IMG/VR virus record: IMGVR_UViG_3300020473_000020
Span: 1-64,000 of that record
DNA: 64,000 nt
DNA from: a virus
Reading direction: 5' to 3' (one strand)
Within the stretch, counting starts at the first letter, position 1; every line of letters begins with the position of its first letter. Positions 37,201-46,475 of this stretch are shown one piece after another. Under the pieces are notes generated by a model. That model saw only the letters and a program-made list of their open reading frames with translations, was not told where the DNA came from and ran no database searches. A program made the translations under genes and the position numbers.

Positions 37201-37593
37201 ATGTCAAAGAAAGACCACCGTAAGCTGGCCGAGCTATATGAGGCCATCCCTGAATTTAATTGCAAAGAGGGTTGTAACGATTGCTGCGGCTGTGTGCCCG
37301 TCACTAATGTGGAAGCTGAGAACGCTGGTATCAGTGCTGGCTTGACGGCAACTAAACTAGGTACCATGGATTGCGTGCACTCGACGCCGAATGGTTGCGC
37401 TATTTATGATGACCGACCATTTATGTGCCGATTATTCGGTACGACTGAAAAAATGAAATGCCCACACGGTTGTAAGCCTGACAAGATGCTGAATGATAAG
37501 CGGGCAGCGAAGCTAACCGAGCGTTACCAAAGCTTAAAGATACCCGCCATTGACGTCAGTGGCGCAATAACTTCATTAGCCAAACAGGCATAA
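37201..37593 (+). CDS. YkgJ/UPF0153 CxxCxxCC protein (second copy)
   Basis: CKEGCNDCC, CAIYDDRPFMCR. Confidence 0.85.
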   Translation: MSKKDHRKLAELYEAIPEFNCKEGCNDCCGCVPVTNVEAENAGISAGLTATKLGTMDCVHSTPNGCAIYDDRPFMCRLFGTTEKMKCPHGCKPDKMLNDKRAAKLTERYQSLKIPAIDVSGAITSLAKQA

Positions 37594-37620
37594 CGAAAAG
37601 GGAGCGCTAGGCTCCCTTTC

Positions 37621-37923
37621 TTAATCTACAGCACTACAGGCCGATATAATTATCTCGGCTTTTTCGTCACCGAAGCGAAAACGTATGGTTTCTATTGCTT
37701 CGCGCCAGCGTGACTGGCCATCACCTTTAATTTGATGCTTCCAAGGCTCCCAGTCTTCAACACCTGCTTGTACCTTCTGCTTAGCACCGTGCTCTGACAG
37801 GCCGTAGCCAGTGGCTAGCGCTTCGGCCTCAAATTCAGATAGGTCTGTATAGCGAAAGTCGTCAATTTCTTCATCAAACAGTGCAAGTTTTCCGTTTGGT
37901 TGTTTTACGTAGCGCCAAGGCAT
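37621..37923 (-). CDS. Hypothetical protein
   Basis: KQPNGK..F N-terminal pattern. Confidence 0.55.
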   Translation of the reverse strand: MPWRYVKQPNGKLALFDEEIDDFRYTDLSEFEAEALATGYGLSEHGAKQKVQAGVEDWEPWKHQIKGDGQSRWREAIETIRFRFGDEKAEIIISACSAVD

Positions 37924-37933
37924 AATACTGCTC

Positions 37934-38563
37934 CTAATTCTTACCGATTGTTCTGTATTTACTCTGCCAAAAGCACACGAGAGTGCCGCTGATACCTTTT
38001 ACGTAGCTAACGTCGTAGTCTTGGCCAAACGTGTCTGAGAAGTCCTCAGAGTGCCCTGTAGCATAGTAACCAGCCTGACGTTCCCATTGACCAGTATCAA
38101 CCTCTAAGAATGAGAGTGATGCGACTCTGAGCACGTTTTTATTTTCGCGGTTCACGACATGGATCTCAACACGTACGTTTTCAGCGCCGCGCTCTTCGAC
38201 GTGCTTATCGACTAACGTTTTTAAGAAGTCGATGTGTAACTGGCTCTTACGATAGTCGCCACAACGGCCGCACCACGCATTTTCCATATCACCAAGGCTA
38301 TAACTCTTTATGAGACATTTAGGGCAGGCCGTGTGTCTAGGTTCTTGTGCCATAGAAGGGTTCTCATCTTTCTTTAGTTGAAACTTAACAAGATTATTAA
38401 GCTCAGGGTTAGTTAATCCTGTCGCACTATGGATAAGCTCGCCTATGTGCTCTGGGTCTAATTTATAGCCCATTGTAAGGGTGCCAATGCACATGTTTGA
38501 AATATCGGTTAAGGCGGCTAACAATTCGGTTTGGCAGAATTGTCCGTTTACGTGGTCGGTCAT
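37934..38563 (-). CDS. Hypothetical protein with Zn ribbon
   Basis: CPKC..CGRC. Confidence 0.55.
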   Translation of the reverse strand: MTDHVNGQFCQTELLAALTDISNMCIGTLTMGYKLDPEHIGELIHSATGLTNPELNNLVKFQLKKDENPSMAQEPRHTACPKCLIKSYSLGDMENAWCGRCGDYRKSQLHIDFLKTLVDKHVEERGAENVRVEIHVVNRENKNVLRVASLSFLEVDTGQWERQAGYYATGHSEDFSDTFGQDYDVSYVKGISGTLVCFWQSKYRTIGKN

Positions 38564-38648
38564 CTTTAGTCTCTATTAATTTATACAATTCAGTAGCTAG
38601 CTTTAGTCTAACTCACAATAAAAAAGCCTGCAATGCAGACTTTTATGA

Positions 38649-38951
38649 CTAGACGATACTGTCTTCCAAGGGCAGCACATCAATGAGGTGTACCTCTCGT
38701 ACTGGGCTGTTCCAAAACCCAAGGCTACAGTCCGCCGTCAGGTGCGGTATGCCATTGTTCTCATAGACGTAGATATAACCATCTTGGTTGCGTGAGATTT
38801 GATGCTCTTCACCCCACGGGTAGTGACCTACGCGGCCAGCCCACGTACCGCCCAGCTCGCCAAAGACAAAGTCATAGAACTGGTCAAGCTCCTTCGATTC
38901 TTTCTCAGGCAACTTGATCTTAAAGGGCAACGTTAAGTCGATACTAGACAT
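38649..38951 (-). CDS. Hypothetical protein
   Basis: ORF. Confidence 0.5.
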   Translation of the reverse strand: MSSIDLTLPFKIKLPEKESKELDQFYDFVFGELGGTWAGRVGHYPWGEEHQISRNQDGYIYVYENNGIPHLTADCSLGFWNSPVREVHLIDVLPLEDSIV

Positions 38952-39165
38952 ACATATCCTTAAATTGGCTGATTGTCATTACACAGCCCGAGCCAACGTC
39001 ATTAGTAAATGAGACGGCACCTGCCTTAATCTCGTTCCCCTCGTCGTCTAAGACGGGCGGTGTTACCGCAGTGACTTTGGCGGTCGGTGTCTTCTTACGC
39101 GTGAAGTCTGTCTTACCCAGAAGCTCTATAAGCTGGTCTTCTTGTTGAATTGGTTCGTTACTCAT
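38944..39165 (-). CDS. Hypothetical protein
   Basis: ORF with AGG SD. Confidence 0.5.
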   Translation of the reverse strand: MSNEPIQQEDQLIELLGKTDFTRKKTPTAKVTAVTPPVLDDEGNEIKAGAVSFTNDVGSGCVMTISQFKDMYV

Positions 39166-39184
39166 CGTTACTACCTATTTAGCT

Positions 39185-39460
39185 TTAATCGTTGTACATG
39201 ATGTACTCGCCTACACGGCAAGAAACTGGTTTACCATCTTCTGTCAGGGCATTTACGGCCATACCTTTGCGTGAGTAATTAGCGCGGTACACTAGCTGAT
39301 CATGAACGCAGACGGGCTTCCAATCTTCGCTACTTGAACCCAGCTCTGAAAGCTCTTTCTCATAATGTAATCCATAGGCACACGCTGCAACACCTACGGC
39401 AATAAACAACAGCACTCGTCCGCTCATATAAATACTCATCTTAGTTCGATTAGAAGCCAC
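39185..39460 (-). CDS. Small exported/membrane protein
   Basis: N-terminal TM helix; C..G.P..C. Confidence 0.55.
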   Translation of the reverse strand: MASNRTKMSIYMSGRVLLFIAVGVAACAYGLHYEKELSELGSSSEDWKPVCVHDQLVYRANYSRKGMAVNALTEDGKPVSCRVGEYIMYND

Positions 39461-39543
39461 ACTTTACCTGATGAGGTTTGCAGCCACAATGCTTAGGTCG
39501 TTGTACAAAGAACTTATCTAACGTCTTTGTATCGAAAAAGGGG

Positions 39544-39634
39544 TGGGCACATGCTGGATTTGAACCAGCGACCTCCTACCGTAGTAGACGCTCCTTCCAC
39601 ATGGTTGATCAAGCCAATCTGAGCTAATGCACCC
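39544..39634 (-). ncRNA. tRNA-like RNA lacking an anticodon loop
   Basis: GGGTGCAT/ATGTGCCC acceptor, GCTC/GAGC D stem with enlarged loop, TCTAC-TACG-GTAGG arm, GCTGG-TTCAAAT-CCAGC T arm. Confidence 0.7.
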
Positions 39635-39647
39635 TTTGTTTCGTTGT

Positions 39648-39676
39648 ACAATACTTTATAAGTTGCTGCGGTGCAA
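39648..39676 (-). promoter_or_regulatory. Sigma70-type promoter for the tRNA-like RNA
   Basis: TTGCAC-CGCAG..17 bp-TATTGT. Confidence 0.6.
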
Positions 39677-39756
39677 CTACTTTAGTAAATTTTTTTACGT
39701 AGTTTGTATATGAGCGCTTTATGACTGTTTTATCCATCGCTCATAATCGGTAATCA

Positions 39757-40200
39757 TTAATCTTTTACTGATTTAACTCGGGGCACAAAGCGTTCAGAGT
39801 CATCCTCTAAGCCATCATAATCAACCCAGTCAATAAGCAGCTGCTCGTTACGATCAATAAACAGTCGGGCAGCCTTTAGGTATTTCGCAGGCACATCAGA
39901 CTCGGCCTTGTAAAAGCTACCCTTAACACGGAACCACTTACCCTTCGTTGAGCCTTTTATACCCATTGAGAAAGCTTTATCACTGGCACCCCAAGCTTTG
40001 CCTACTGAGACCTTTATGCGATAGGGGCTGTGCTTGCCACGGTCGTCGGCTCTACCTGCATAAATAACAACGCCGTCTATACCAGTACGCTTTGGCGACA
40101 AATTTGCCATTTCTGACATGTCGTAGACTTCAATTGAATCTAGGCAAACTGGCTCGTCTACATTGGCCAACAATTTACCTGCTCTTGATTCCGTACTCAT
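39757..40200 (-). CDS. Hypothetical protein, candidate internal head protein
   Basis: N-terminal SRAGKLL; EMANL..TGI..VIY..H..RIKV..FI..N..LL..W domain. Confidence 0.6.
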   Translation of the reverse strand: MSTESRAGKLLANVDEPVCLDSIEVYDMSEMANLSPKRTGIDGVVIYAGRADDRGKHSPYRIKVSVGKAWGASDKAFSMGIKGSTKGKWFRVKGSFYKAESDVPAKYLKAARLFIDRNEQLLIDWVDYDGLEDDSERFVPRVKSVKD

Positions 40201-40234
40201 AACAAAACCATCCTATATCTCTGTACTTCGTTGT

Positions 40235-40263
40235 ACAATACTTTGTAATCGGCTGCAATGCAA
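40235..40263 (-). promoter_or_regulatory. Sigma70-type phage promoter
   Basis: TTGCAT-TGCAG..17 bp-TATTGT. Confidence 0.55.
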
Positions 40264-40273
40264 CCGATTTTGA

Positions 40274-42160
40274 TTATTTCTTAACTTCTAGCTGCCACAC
40301 TTGGCGTTTAACGCCCCATACTCGGTCGGCACCCACTTCTTTAAGGCGTGAATCGTGTAGCGTTGTATTCGCATTGAATGCTGGATCTATTAATGAAGCT
40401 CGCGCTACGAGTTCTTTACGTGGTAGACGGTTGCCATACTTACATGGTTTCATTAGAAACCACCCCTGACAGTCAATTTCTTTTTGATACTCAAACCCAG
40501 CCTCACCGTATGGAGTAGGATCATCGAAGGATGGATCTATCTCAACCGTGAACAATTTAGTGCCCCTTACGCGTGCGGCTGCTTCGGAGAGTAGACGCTT
40601 AAACCCTTTGGGAACTTGGTACCCGTTAATTACAGAGTACCTAAGTGCAGCCTTACCTACGGCGTCACCCCGTCTACGAGGGCGTTGCGCAACTTGAAGA
40701 ACGGCAGCTGCTTGGCCTTGGTATTTAAGGACGTAGCTAGTAACTACACCAGTCAGAGTGCCGTCGCGGTGATATAGCTCTAAGTCGTCACCGAACTCAG
40801 CTCCCGTCACAATCTCGCATTCATCAGCATCAATGACAGTGCCATGACCACAAGCTTCCATTATTGCCTGTTTAATGGCTGTAGGGCGGTTATAAAGCTC
40901 GTCTTCCCACACATAAATAAGTCGATAGCCTTGCTGGTTGGTAGCTTCTAACTTTGACTGATGGTAGTCTTTATCTTTCCCGCCTGCGTAGGCACTGTGC
41001 CAATAAATGCCGTTGTACTCAATTGCTAGCTTTAAGCTAGGGATCACGATGTCAAGCTCTCGGCCGCTAAGTAGCTCCCGATCCCCATGCTCGATATGTG
41101 TCCCGTCTGGGCAGGCCATCTTGACTACATCTAATATCTCACGCTCGCCTTGGCTAACTTCTTTAGGGAAGCAGCTAGGGCATCGTGGTTTACTCCCACT
41201 GATAGACCCATCATTCTCTAACCCACCCATAAATTCAGTACCACAGGCAAGACATTCCCAAGGGTAGCGGTGTGGCATTCCAGATTCGCGGTCAGCCATC
41301 ACACCGAAGTACTCGTCTTCTGCAAAAAGTGGTTTTATATCACCTACACGGTCAGTTTTATGAAGTTGTGCGTAGGCATGTTTACGCTTACCATTGCCTG
41401 CCTTATGCGCAAATTCTTGCACGCCCATAGGATTCTCACAGCCATACTTTCTAAGGTTTGTTACCTTAACCTTTTCTAAGGTCTGTTTGCTCGCGAAGGC
41501 ACTTGTTGATGCTGTCCCATACTTTGCTTTATTTGTGGCACGATGTTTAGTCCGAATAGCTTCCGAGTGGATTGGCGAAGTGACCCCATGGTTTTTTTGA
41601 AGCGTAGCTTGCATCTTATCACGAACCTCCTTTGACTTGGCTGGTACGTCGACACCGCGTCGCTCAATATTTGTATCTCGGCGCTGCTGTATAACTTCTG
41701 GGTCAGAAGACCCACACTTGATGTCGCAGTATGTTCCGTAGCCTGCCTTAGTCGCTTTAGAGTCCGTCATGCGGAAGCGCTTCTTAGGCTTGAGCTGCTT
41801 ACCGCAGGTCTTGCAGTTCGGTATTGCGGACAGATCATTGTAAAAAAGGTAATAGCGTTCTACCAGCTGAGCATCATCGGGTAGGAATGACGTTGCGGCT
41901 ACTAAGTCGTCCTCGACACTGGGTTTAAAAGCAATCAACGAGTTCATGCGTGATGAAAAGTCGGCTACAGGTATGTCAGTGATATGTGACAAGCCCGCGT
42001 TGATTAGCTCTGTCCACGGAGCCTTTGCGCGCTGGCTAGGTCGCTGGTTACGGTAGGCTGGTATAAGTTTTACAATCTGTTCTGAAAGCTGTAGGTACTT
42101 CTGCTTTATGTCACACATATCATTCGTCTCTGGCATTTGATGGAGCCAGTCTATGTGCAC
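40274..42160 (-). CDS. Free-standing PD-(D/E)xK (Vsr/DUF559-like) homing-endonuclease-like protein
   Basis: Zn fingers, T(N/L)..(K/R)YG repeats, SQGERE, ELDIVIP..AIEYNGIYWH, LIYVWE. Confidence 0.75.
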   Translation of the reverse strand: MHIDWLHQMPETNDMCDIKQKYLQLSEQIVKLIPAYRNQRPSQRAKAPWTELINAGLSHITDIPVADFSSRMNSLIAFKPSVEDDLVAATSFLPDDAQLVERYYLFYNDLSAIPNCKTCGKQLKPKKRFRMTDSKATKAGYGTYCDIKCGSSDPEVIQQRRDTNIERRGVDVPAKSKEVRDKMQATLQKNHGVTSPIHSEAIRTKHRATNKAKYGTASTSAFASKQTLEKVKVTNLRKYGCENPMGVQEFAHKAGNGKRKHAYAQLHKTDRVGDIKPLFAEDEYFGVMADRESGMPHRYPWECLACGTEFMGGLENDGSISGSKPRCPSCFPKEVSQGEREILDVVKMACPDGTHIEHGDRELLSGRELDIVIPSLKLAIEYNGIYWHSAYAGGKDKDYHQSKLEATNQQGYRLIYVWEDELYNRPTAIKQAIMEACGHGTVIDADECEIVTGAEFGDDLELYHRDGTLTGVVTSYVLKYQGQAAAVLQVAQRPRRRGDAVGKAALRYSVINGYQVPKGFKRLLSEAAARVRGTKLFTVEIDPSFDDPTPYGEAGFEYQKEIDCQGWFLMKPCKYGNRLPRKELVARASLIDPAFNANTTLHDSRLKEVGADRVWGVKRQVWQLEVKK

Positions 42161-42379
42161 ATTTTAGTGATGTCAACTAAATGTATATAAAAATATGATA
42201 CCGTGCGGTAGTGCTTTTGTTACGACTAAAGGCATGTATGATGGTAGATTTTTAGCGTGTAGGCCACCATACTCAAGGGCTTAATGGGGGTCTTAGCGAC
42301 GAGTGGTGTACAGAATGCCACCAACGGCATGTATGGCAAATAAGCTACGAGTAGCATATAAATAAAATTTTAGGCAACA

Positions 42380-42405
42380 AAAAAGGCGACTTAGGTCGCC
42401 TTTTT
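42380..42405 (-). terminator. Intrinsic terminator after the major capsid gene
   Basis: AAAAAGGCGAC-TTAG-GTCGCCTTTTT. Confidence 0.85.
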
Positions 42406-42426
42406 AGTGTCAAATCTAGGACTAGA

Positions 42427-43827
42427 TTAAACTAACTTGATCTTAGTGATGAAGTTAGGAACTAGTACGTCGATTGCACCCCAAACAGCCGCAGCCTTTT
42501 GATTCATAAGAGGATTTGAACCGTGCGGTAGGGCTGATGTAACAACTAAAGGCATATATGGGGCTGATACAAGTGCACTTTCAAAGTTAGATTTACCTTT
42601 GTAAAGAGCAACAGCTTCGTCTGGGTGCATCACGTGTTGGTTAGGAACACGGATTACTAAGATACCGTCTAAAGTACCGAAGATGTGTGGACCGATTGCC
42701 GCGCCGTCAGAAAGCTTGTTGAAGCCTTGTAGAGTACCGATTAGGGCACAAACGTTACGACCAGCTACTAGAGCTGAGATAGTACCACGACCAGCGTTAC
42801 CAAGGATTACAGCTTCTGCTTGTGCAAGAGCGTCTTTGAAGCCTTGCTTGTGCTCAGCGTAAGAGATACCGCTTGGCGCAGCTTTTTGGAACGTAGTCTC
42901 ACCTTGAGCTTTAGCTAGAAGCATGCGAGTAGCAGCGTTCATTTGCTCAGAGTTGATAGCAGCAACTAAGTCTTGTGCAACTTCGTCTTCTGCAACCATA
43001 CCGAAACGACGACGTAGCGCGTATGACTGTTGCATACCGATAGTGTCTTTCAGTGCCCATAGACGAGCGTTAACAGTCTTAGAAGTGAACTTCATTAGGA
43101 TCTTAGGAATGTCTTCCGCAGACTCGTAATCAGACTGGTAAGAAGCTGTGATCGTGTGACCGTCAGCTGGGTTGTTCTTCAACGTGATAGTTACAGCACC
43201 AGTGTTGTAGTCAACTGTACCTTGGATGTCGAAACCGATTAACTGGCCAGCGCCGTTATCAGTAGCAACTAGACCAAGCTGTGCAAGTTCGATGCGAACT
43301 GAACCAGCGCGTAGTGGAGTGTTAACTAGTACGAAAGAGTACTCAGTTGTACCGTCAACAGTGTCACCGTGAGCTTCGCCAACAACAGCAGAAGAAGCGT
43401 AACCGTCAGCTGCGTAGTTGTCACCACCCATAGGACCTGATAGTACGTCACCTGCGTTAACGCCGCCTTTAGTTGAAGCAGCAACAACGTTTTTGTAGTA
43501 GATAGTGCCTTGCTCTTCGTCAATCGGTTGGATTGAAGCGATAGCAGAAAGCGGAGAAGTACCGTAAGCAACAGTTAATACGTCGAATGCAACGTCAGGG
43601 ATCTTGCCTAATTGGCCGATTGAACCGTCTTCTTCACAAAGCTCTTTGTAGATTTCAAAGTTTTCTAACTGCTTACCAAGAGCGTAAACGTCGTTAGAAG
43701 TGATAGAGCGTACTTTTGAAAGTAGTGACTGGCTTTGTAACGCTTCCATGAATGGTGCGTATTTTTCAGCGTACTGACTTGCGCCGCTGTCGATGCGTGC
43801 GCCGATTGCATTTTCATTGATAGACAT
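42427..43827 (-). CDS. Major capsid protein (T4 gp23-like)
   Basis: IASIQPI..GTIYY, ARLWALK, AINSE, SAPYMPL; biased codon use; GAGG SD before MSINE; follows protease and portal. Confidence 0.88.
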   Translation of the reverse strand: MSINENAIGARIDSGASQYAEKYAPFMEALQSQSLLSKVRSITSNDVYALGKQLENFEIYKELCEEDGSIGQLGKIPDVAFDVLTVAYGTSPLSAIASIQPIDEEQGTIYYKNVVAASTKGGVNAGDVLSGPMGGDNYAADGYASSAVVGEAHGDTVDGTTEYSFVLVNTPLRAGSVRIELAQLGLVATDNGAGQLIGFDIQGTVDYNTGAVTITLKNNPADGHTITASYQSDYESAEDIPKILMKFTSKTVNARLWALKDTIGMQQSYALRRRFGMVAEDEVAQDLVAAINSEQMNAATRMLLAKAQGETTFQKAAPSGISYAEHKQGFKDALAQAEAVILGNAGRGTISALVAGRNVCALIGTLQGFNKLSDGAAIGPHIFGTLDGILVIRVPNQHVMHPDEAVALYKGKSNFESALVSAPYMPLVVTSALPHGSNPLMNQKAAAVWGAIDVLVPNFITKIKLV

Positions 43828-43957
43828 GGTAGTTATCCTCATTTGTCTCAATCACACCGTTGTACAATTATTTCTGTGTAGTACAACTACAGTGGTGTTT
43901 TTAAATTTGTAAACTTTGCAGCCACTCTCAATAGCGACTGCTAATCATGTTCGAGTA

Positions 43958-45736
43958 TTAGTTGCAGCTCTCGAATAAGCCACCAACAGTAAGTTTCTTA
44001 CCGCTGTGACGTGCACTAACGTCTTCTTCTGACAGCTCAACCGAGTCAGTAGTAACTTGGCCGAATTGCTTCATAAGAGTTTCAGTTAAAGAACCAGCAC
44101 GTGAACGAGTTGGTGCAGACTCAGAAACCTTTGCTTTAGCAGCAGCTTCGTCTACAGAATCGTCTTCATCGCTGTCGTCGTTGTCGATACCGTCAACGTC
44201 GTCTTCATCTTCGTCGTCATCGCAGTCTTTACCTTCAACCACTGTGTGTTCAGTAGTTGCAGTAGTTGCTGTAGTTGCAGCAGACTCAGCTACAGTGCCA
44301 CCCGATAGACGAGTTAACATTGCGCGAGCTTGGTCTTCGCCGAATGACTCAAGCATTTCTGCTACGATGTCGTTCGGTGCATTAGTTTCAGCAGCTAGTA
44401 CTGCAACTTCCGCTTCGAATTTTTGCTGACGTAGAGACTCAGCCATGTGCTCAGTACGCTCGATTAGTGCTTCAACTTGAGAAACAGTACCTAGTTCTAG
44501 GTAAGCTTCTAATAGGTCAGTTGCTTGCTCTAATTCAACAGGCGTAGCTACAGCTTGGTAAGCTTCTAATAGGTCAAGGGCAGCGTTGATTTCTTCAACA
44601 GTACCTAGCTCTGCGTAAGCTTCTGAAACGTTCGATGCTTCTGCGATAGCGTTCTCGCCGCCATCAAGTAGCTTTTCTGCAACGTCCATAACGCCTTCGA
44701 TAGCTTCAACAGTACCTAGTGCTTGGTAAGCAGCTAGTTGCTCTTGTACAGACTCTAAAGAACCCGCTTTTTCAGTTAAGTCGCCGTGTGCTGTTTTCAT
44801 GCTGTTGAACTGTTCGAAAACAGTTGAAATTGCTTCAACAGAACCAAGCTTCTTGTACTTAGTAAGTTCTTCATTAACTGCATTGAAGTTTTCTACTTTA
44901 GCTGTAAGTTCAGCTACAGTAGCTGTCAATGTTTCGTTAGTGCCACTTAGTGCCTCATTCTCTGCGTAAGAAGCAGTTAAGTCGTTTTCAACTTGTGCTT
45001 TTTGACGCGCAAGAGCTGAGATAGTAGCAGCAGTATCAGTTGCGCTCATTTCTCTTTCCTCAGAAGTGTTTTTTGGGTCAGTGGTTACCTGTTCAGAGTC
45101 CGCACCTTCACCGAGCAGTGATGTGTGGATCTTAGAGGCTTCCATATCTAAACTTTCGACTAATTTTGGAATAGCAATAGCCACGCCCTGCACGCGAACA
45201 AAGTCAAAGGTCTCTAATTCAAAAGACTCTTCGTCGATGATTGGTGCGCCGTCACGTTTTTCATTGCGGAAACCGCCGTAGCCTCGGCTAGATACAGGAA
45301 ACTGTACCCCGCCTCGAAGGTAAGCGTTTAATGCCCGTCCAGATGGAGTGTTCAAGACAAGGATTTCGCCCATGCCAACACCTTGATCTTCATCGATCCA
45401 CAGACGAGCCACGCGGTGACTTGCTAGACCTTGAAGAAGTGCTTCATCGTCAAGCTTCTGGGAGTGACCAATGGTACCCAGCATAGTGCCGTTTGCCATT
45501 GCTTCACTGGTACGCTCGATAGCCTTTTCCCAAAGTTTGCGAGTGTAGAAGCGGCCGTTACGGGATTTCCCGTCGACTAAAAAGAAAGGACCAACCACGC
45601 GGGCTAGTATATTCTCACCATCAACCACACCAGCATTTGGAGAATCATCAGGGATAGAAATATCTTTCGCCTCATGAATCTCGTACTTTGCTACAGGCAT
45701 TTCAAACGCATCAACGAATAAATCTCGTTGTGACAT
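43958..45736 (-). CDS. Prohead protease (T4 gp21-like) fused to an acidic coiled-coil scaffold
   Basis: SRNGRFY, LGTIGH, SH, LNTPSG, VSSRGYG, TFDFV; repeated Y..LG(T/S)VE.I. Confidence 0.88.
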   Translation of the reverse strand: MSQRDLFVDAFEMPVAKYEIHEAKDISIPDDSPNAGVVDGENILARVVGPFFLVDGKSRNGRFYTRKLWEKAIERTSEAMANGTMLGTIGHSQKLDDEALLQGLASHRVARLWIDEDQGVGMGEILVLNTPSGRALNAYLRGGVQFPVSSRGYGGFRNEKRDGAPIIDEESFELETFDFVRVQGVAIAIPKLVESLDMEASKIHTSLLGEGADSEQVTTDPKNTSEEREMSATDTAATISALARQKAQVENDLTASYAENEALSGTNETLTATVAELTAKVENFNAVNEELTKYKKLGSVEAISTVFEQFNSMKTAHGDLTEKAGSLESVQEQLAAYQALGTVEAIEGVMDVAEKLLDGGENAIAEASNVSEAYAELGTVEEINAALDLLEAYQAVATPVELEQATDLLEAYLELGTVSQVEALIERTEHMAESLRQQKFEAEVAVLAAETNAPNDIVAEMLESFGEDQARAMLTRLSGGTVAESAATTATTATTEHTVVEGKDCDDDEDEDDVDGIDNDDSDEDDSVDEAAAKAKVSESAPTRSRAGSLTETLMKQFGQVTTDSVELSEEDVSARHSGKKLTVGGLFESCN

Positions 45737-45764
45737 GCGTTACCTCATTAGTTCAATTAAAAAT

Positions 45765-46475
45765 CTAAGCCTTGCTTAGTCGAGTTTCAAACTCTTGTAC
45801 AAAACTTAACTCATTTTCATCCATTGTACAATGGTGCAGTGTGCTTTGTACAACATTAATGTAATTTTCTGAACAGCCTGCTTCAAAAAATGCTGAGTTA
45901 AGCGCATTCGGATGTGTCAGGCAAAGAAGCATTTCTAGCTCATCTTCGCTGAGTGACACGGCATTAGTCTCAACAAGCATTTCACCGTCGCTTTCGTTCC
46001 ACCAACGTTGCTCGATCTCAAGCAGGGCAGGTACCACGTGATCCATCATGATACCCAAGTCACGTTGGTCTGCCATCGGCTGGTACGTTTCGTTCTCGAT
46101 GTACAGGTGCGTACGCATGCTGGCCACTGCTTTAAGTAGTGTCTCGCGTAGCATCTTAGATGACTTGGTACCGCTCGACGTAATACGAGAAGCTAGGAAG
46201 CGTCCCATTTGACGGTGCATGCGCTTACCTTTAGTCGACTTGTGGTACTTAGATAAACCTTTCTTGTACGACTTACGGTTTTTACGCCAGCCTTTCTTTG
46301 CGTTCTTAGCTACCTTGGCGCTTTTGGCACCACGGATAAGACCTGAACGGCGCTTAATAAACTCATGTACTTCCTCTTCTGGAATTGAGTCCATCGGTGT
46401 ACTAATGGAGTAGCCTAGCTCACTTAGGAAACTAATGCGGTCTGCTTCTTCGTTAATACGCATCATAGTGGTCAT
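45765..46475 (-). CDS. Head-module protein (putative prohead core)
   Basis: Between portal and protease; basic central segment. Confidence 0.55.
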   Translation of the reverse strand: MTTMMRINEEADRISFLSELGYSISTPMDSIPEEEVHEFIKRRSGLIRGAKSAKVAKNAKKGWRKNRKSYKKGLSKYHKSTKGKRMHRQMGRFLASRITSSGTKSSKMLRETLLKAVASMRTHLYIENETYQPMADQRDLGIMMDHVVPALLEIEQRWWNESDGEMLVETNAVSLSEDELEMLLCLTHPNALNSAFFEAGCSENYINVVQSTLHHCTMDENELSFVQEFETRLSKA

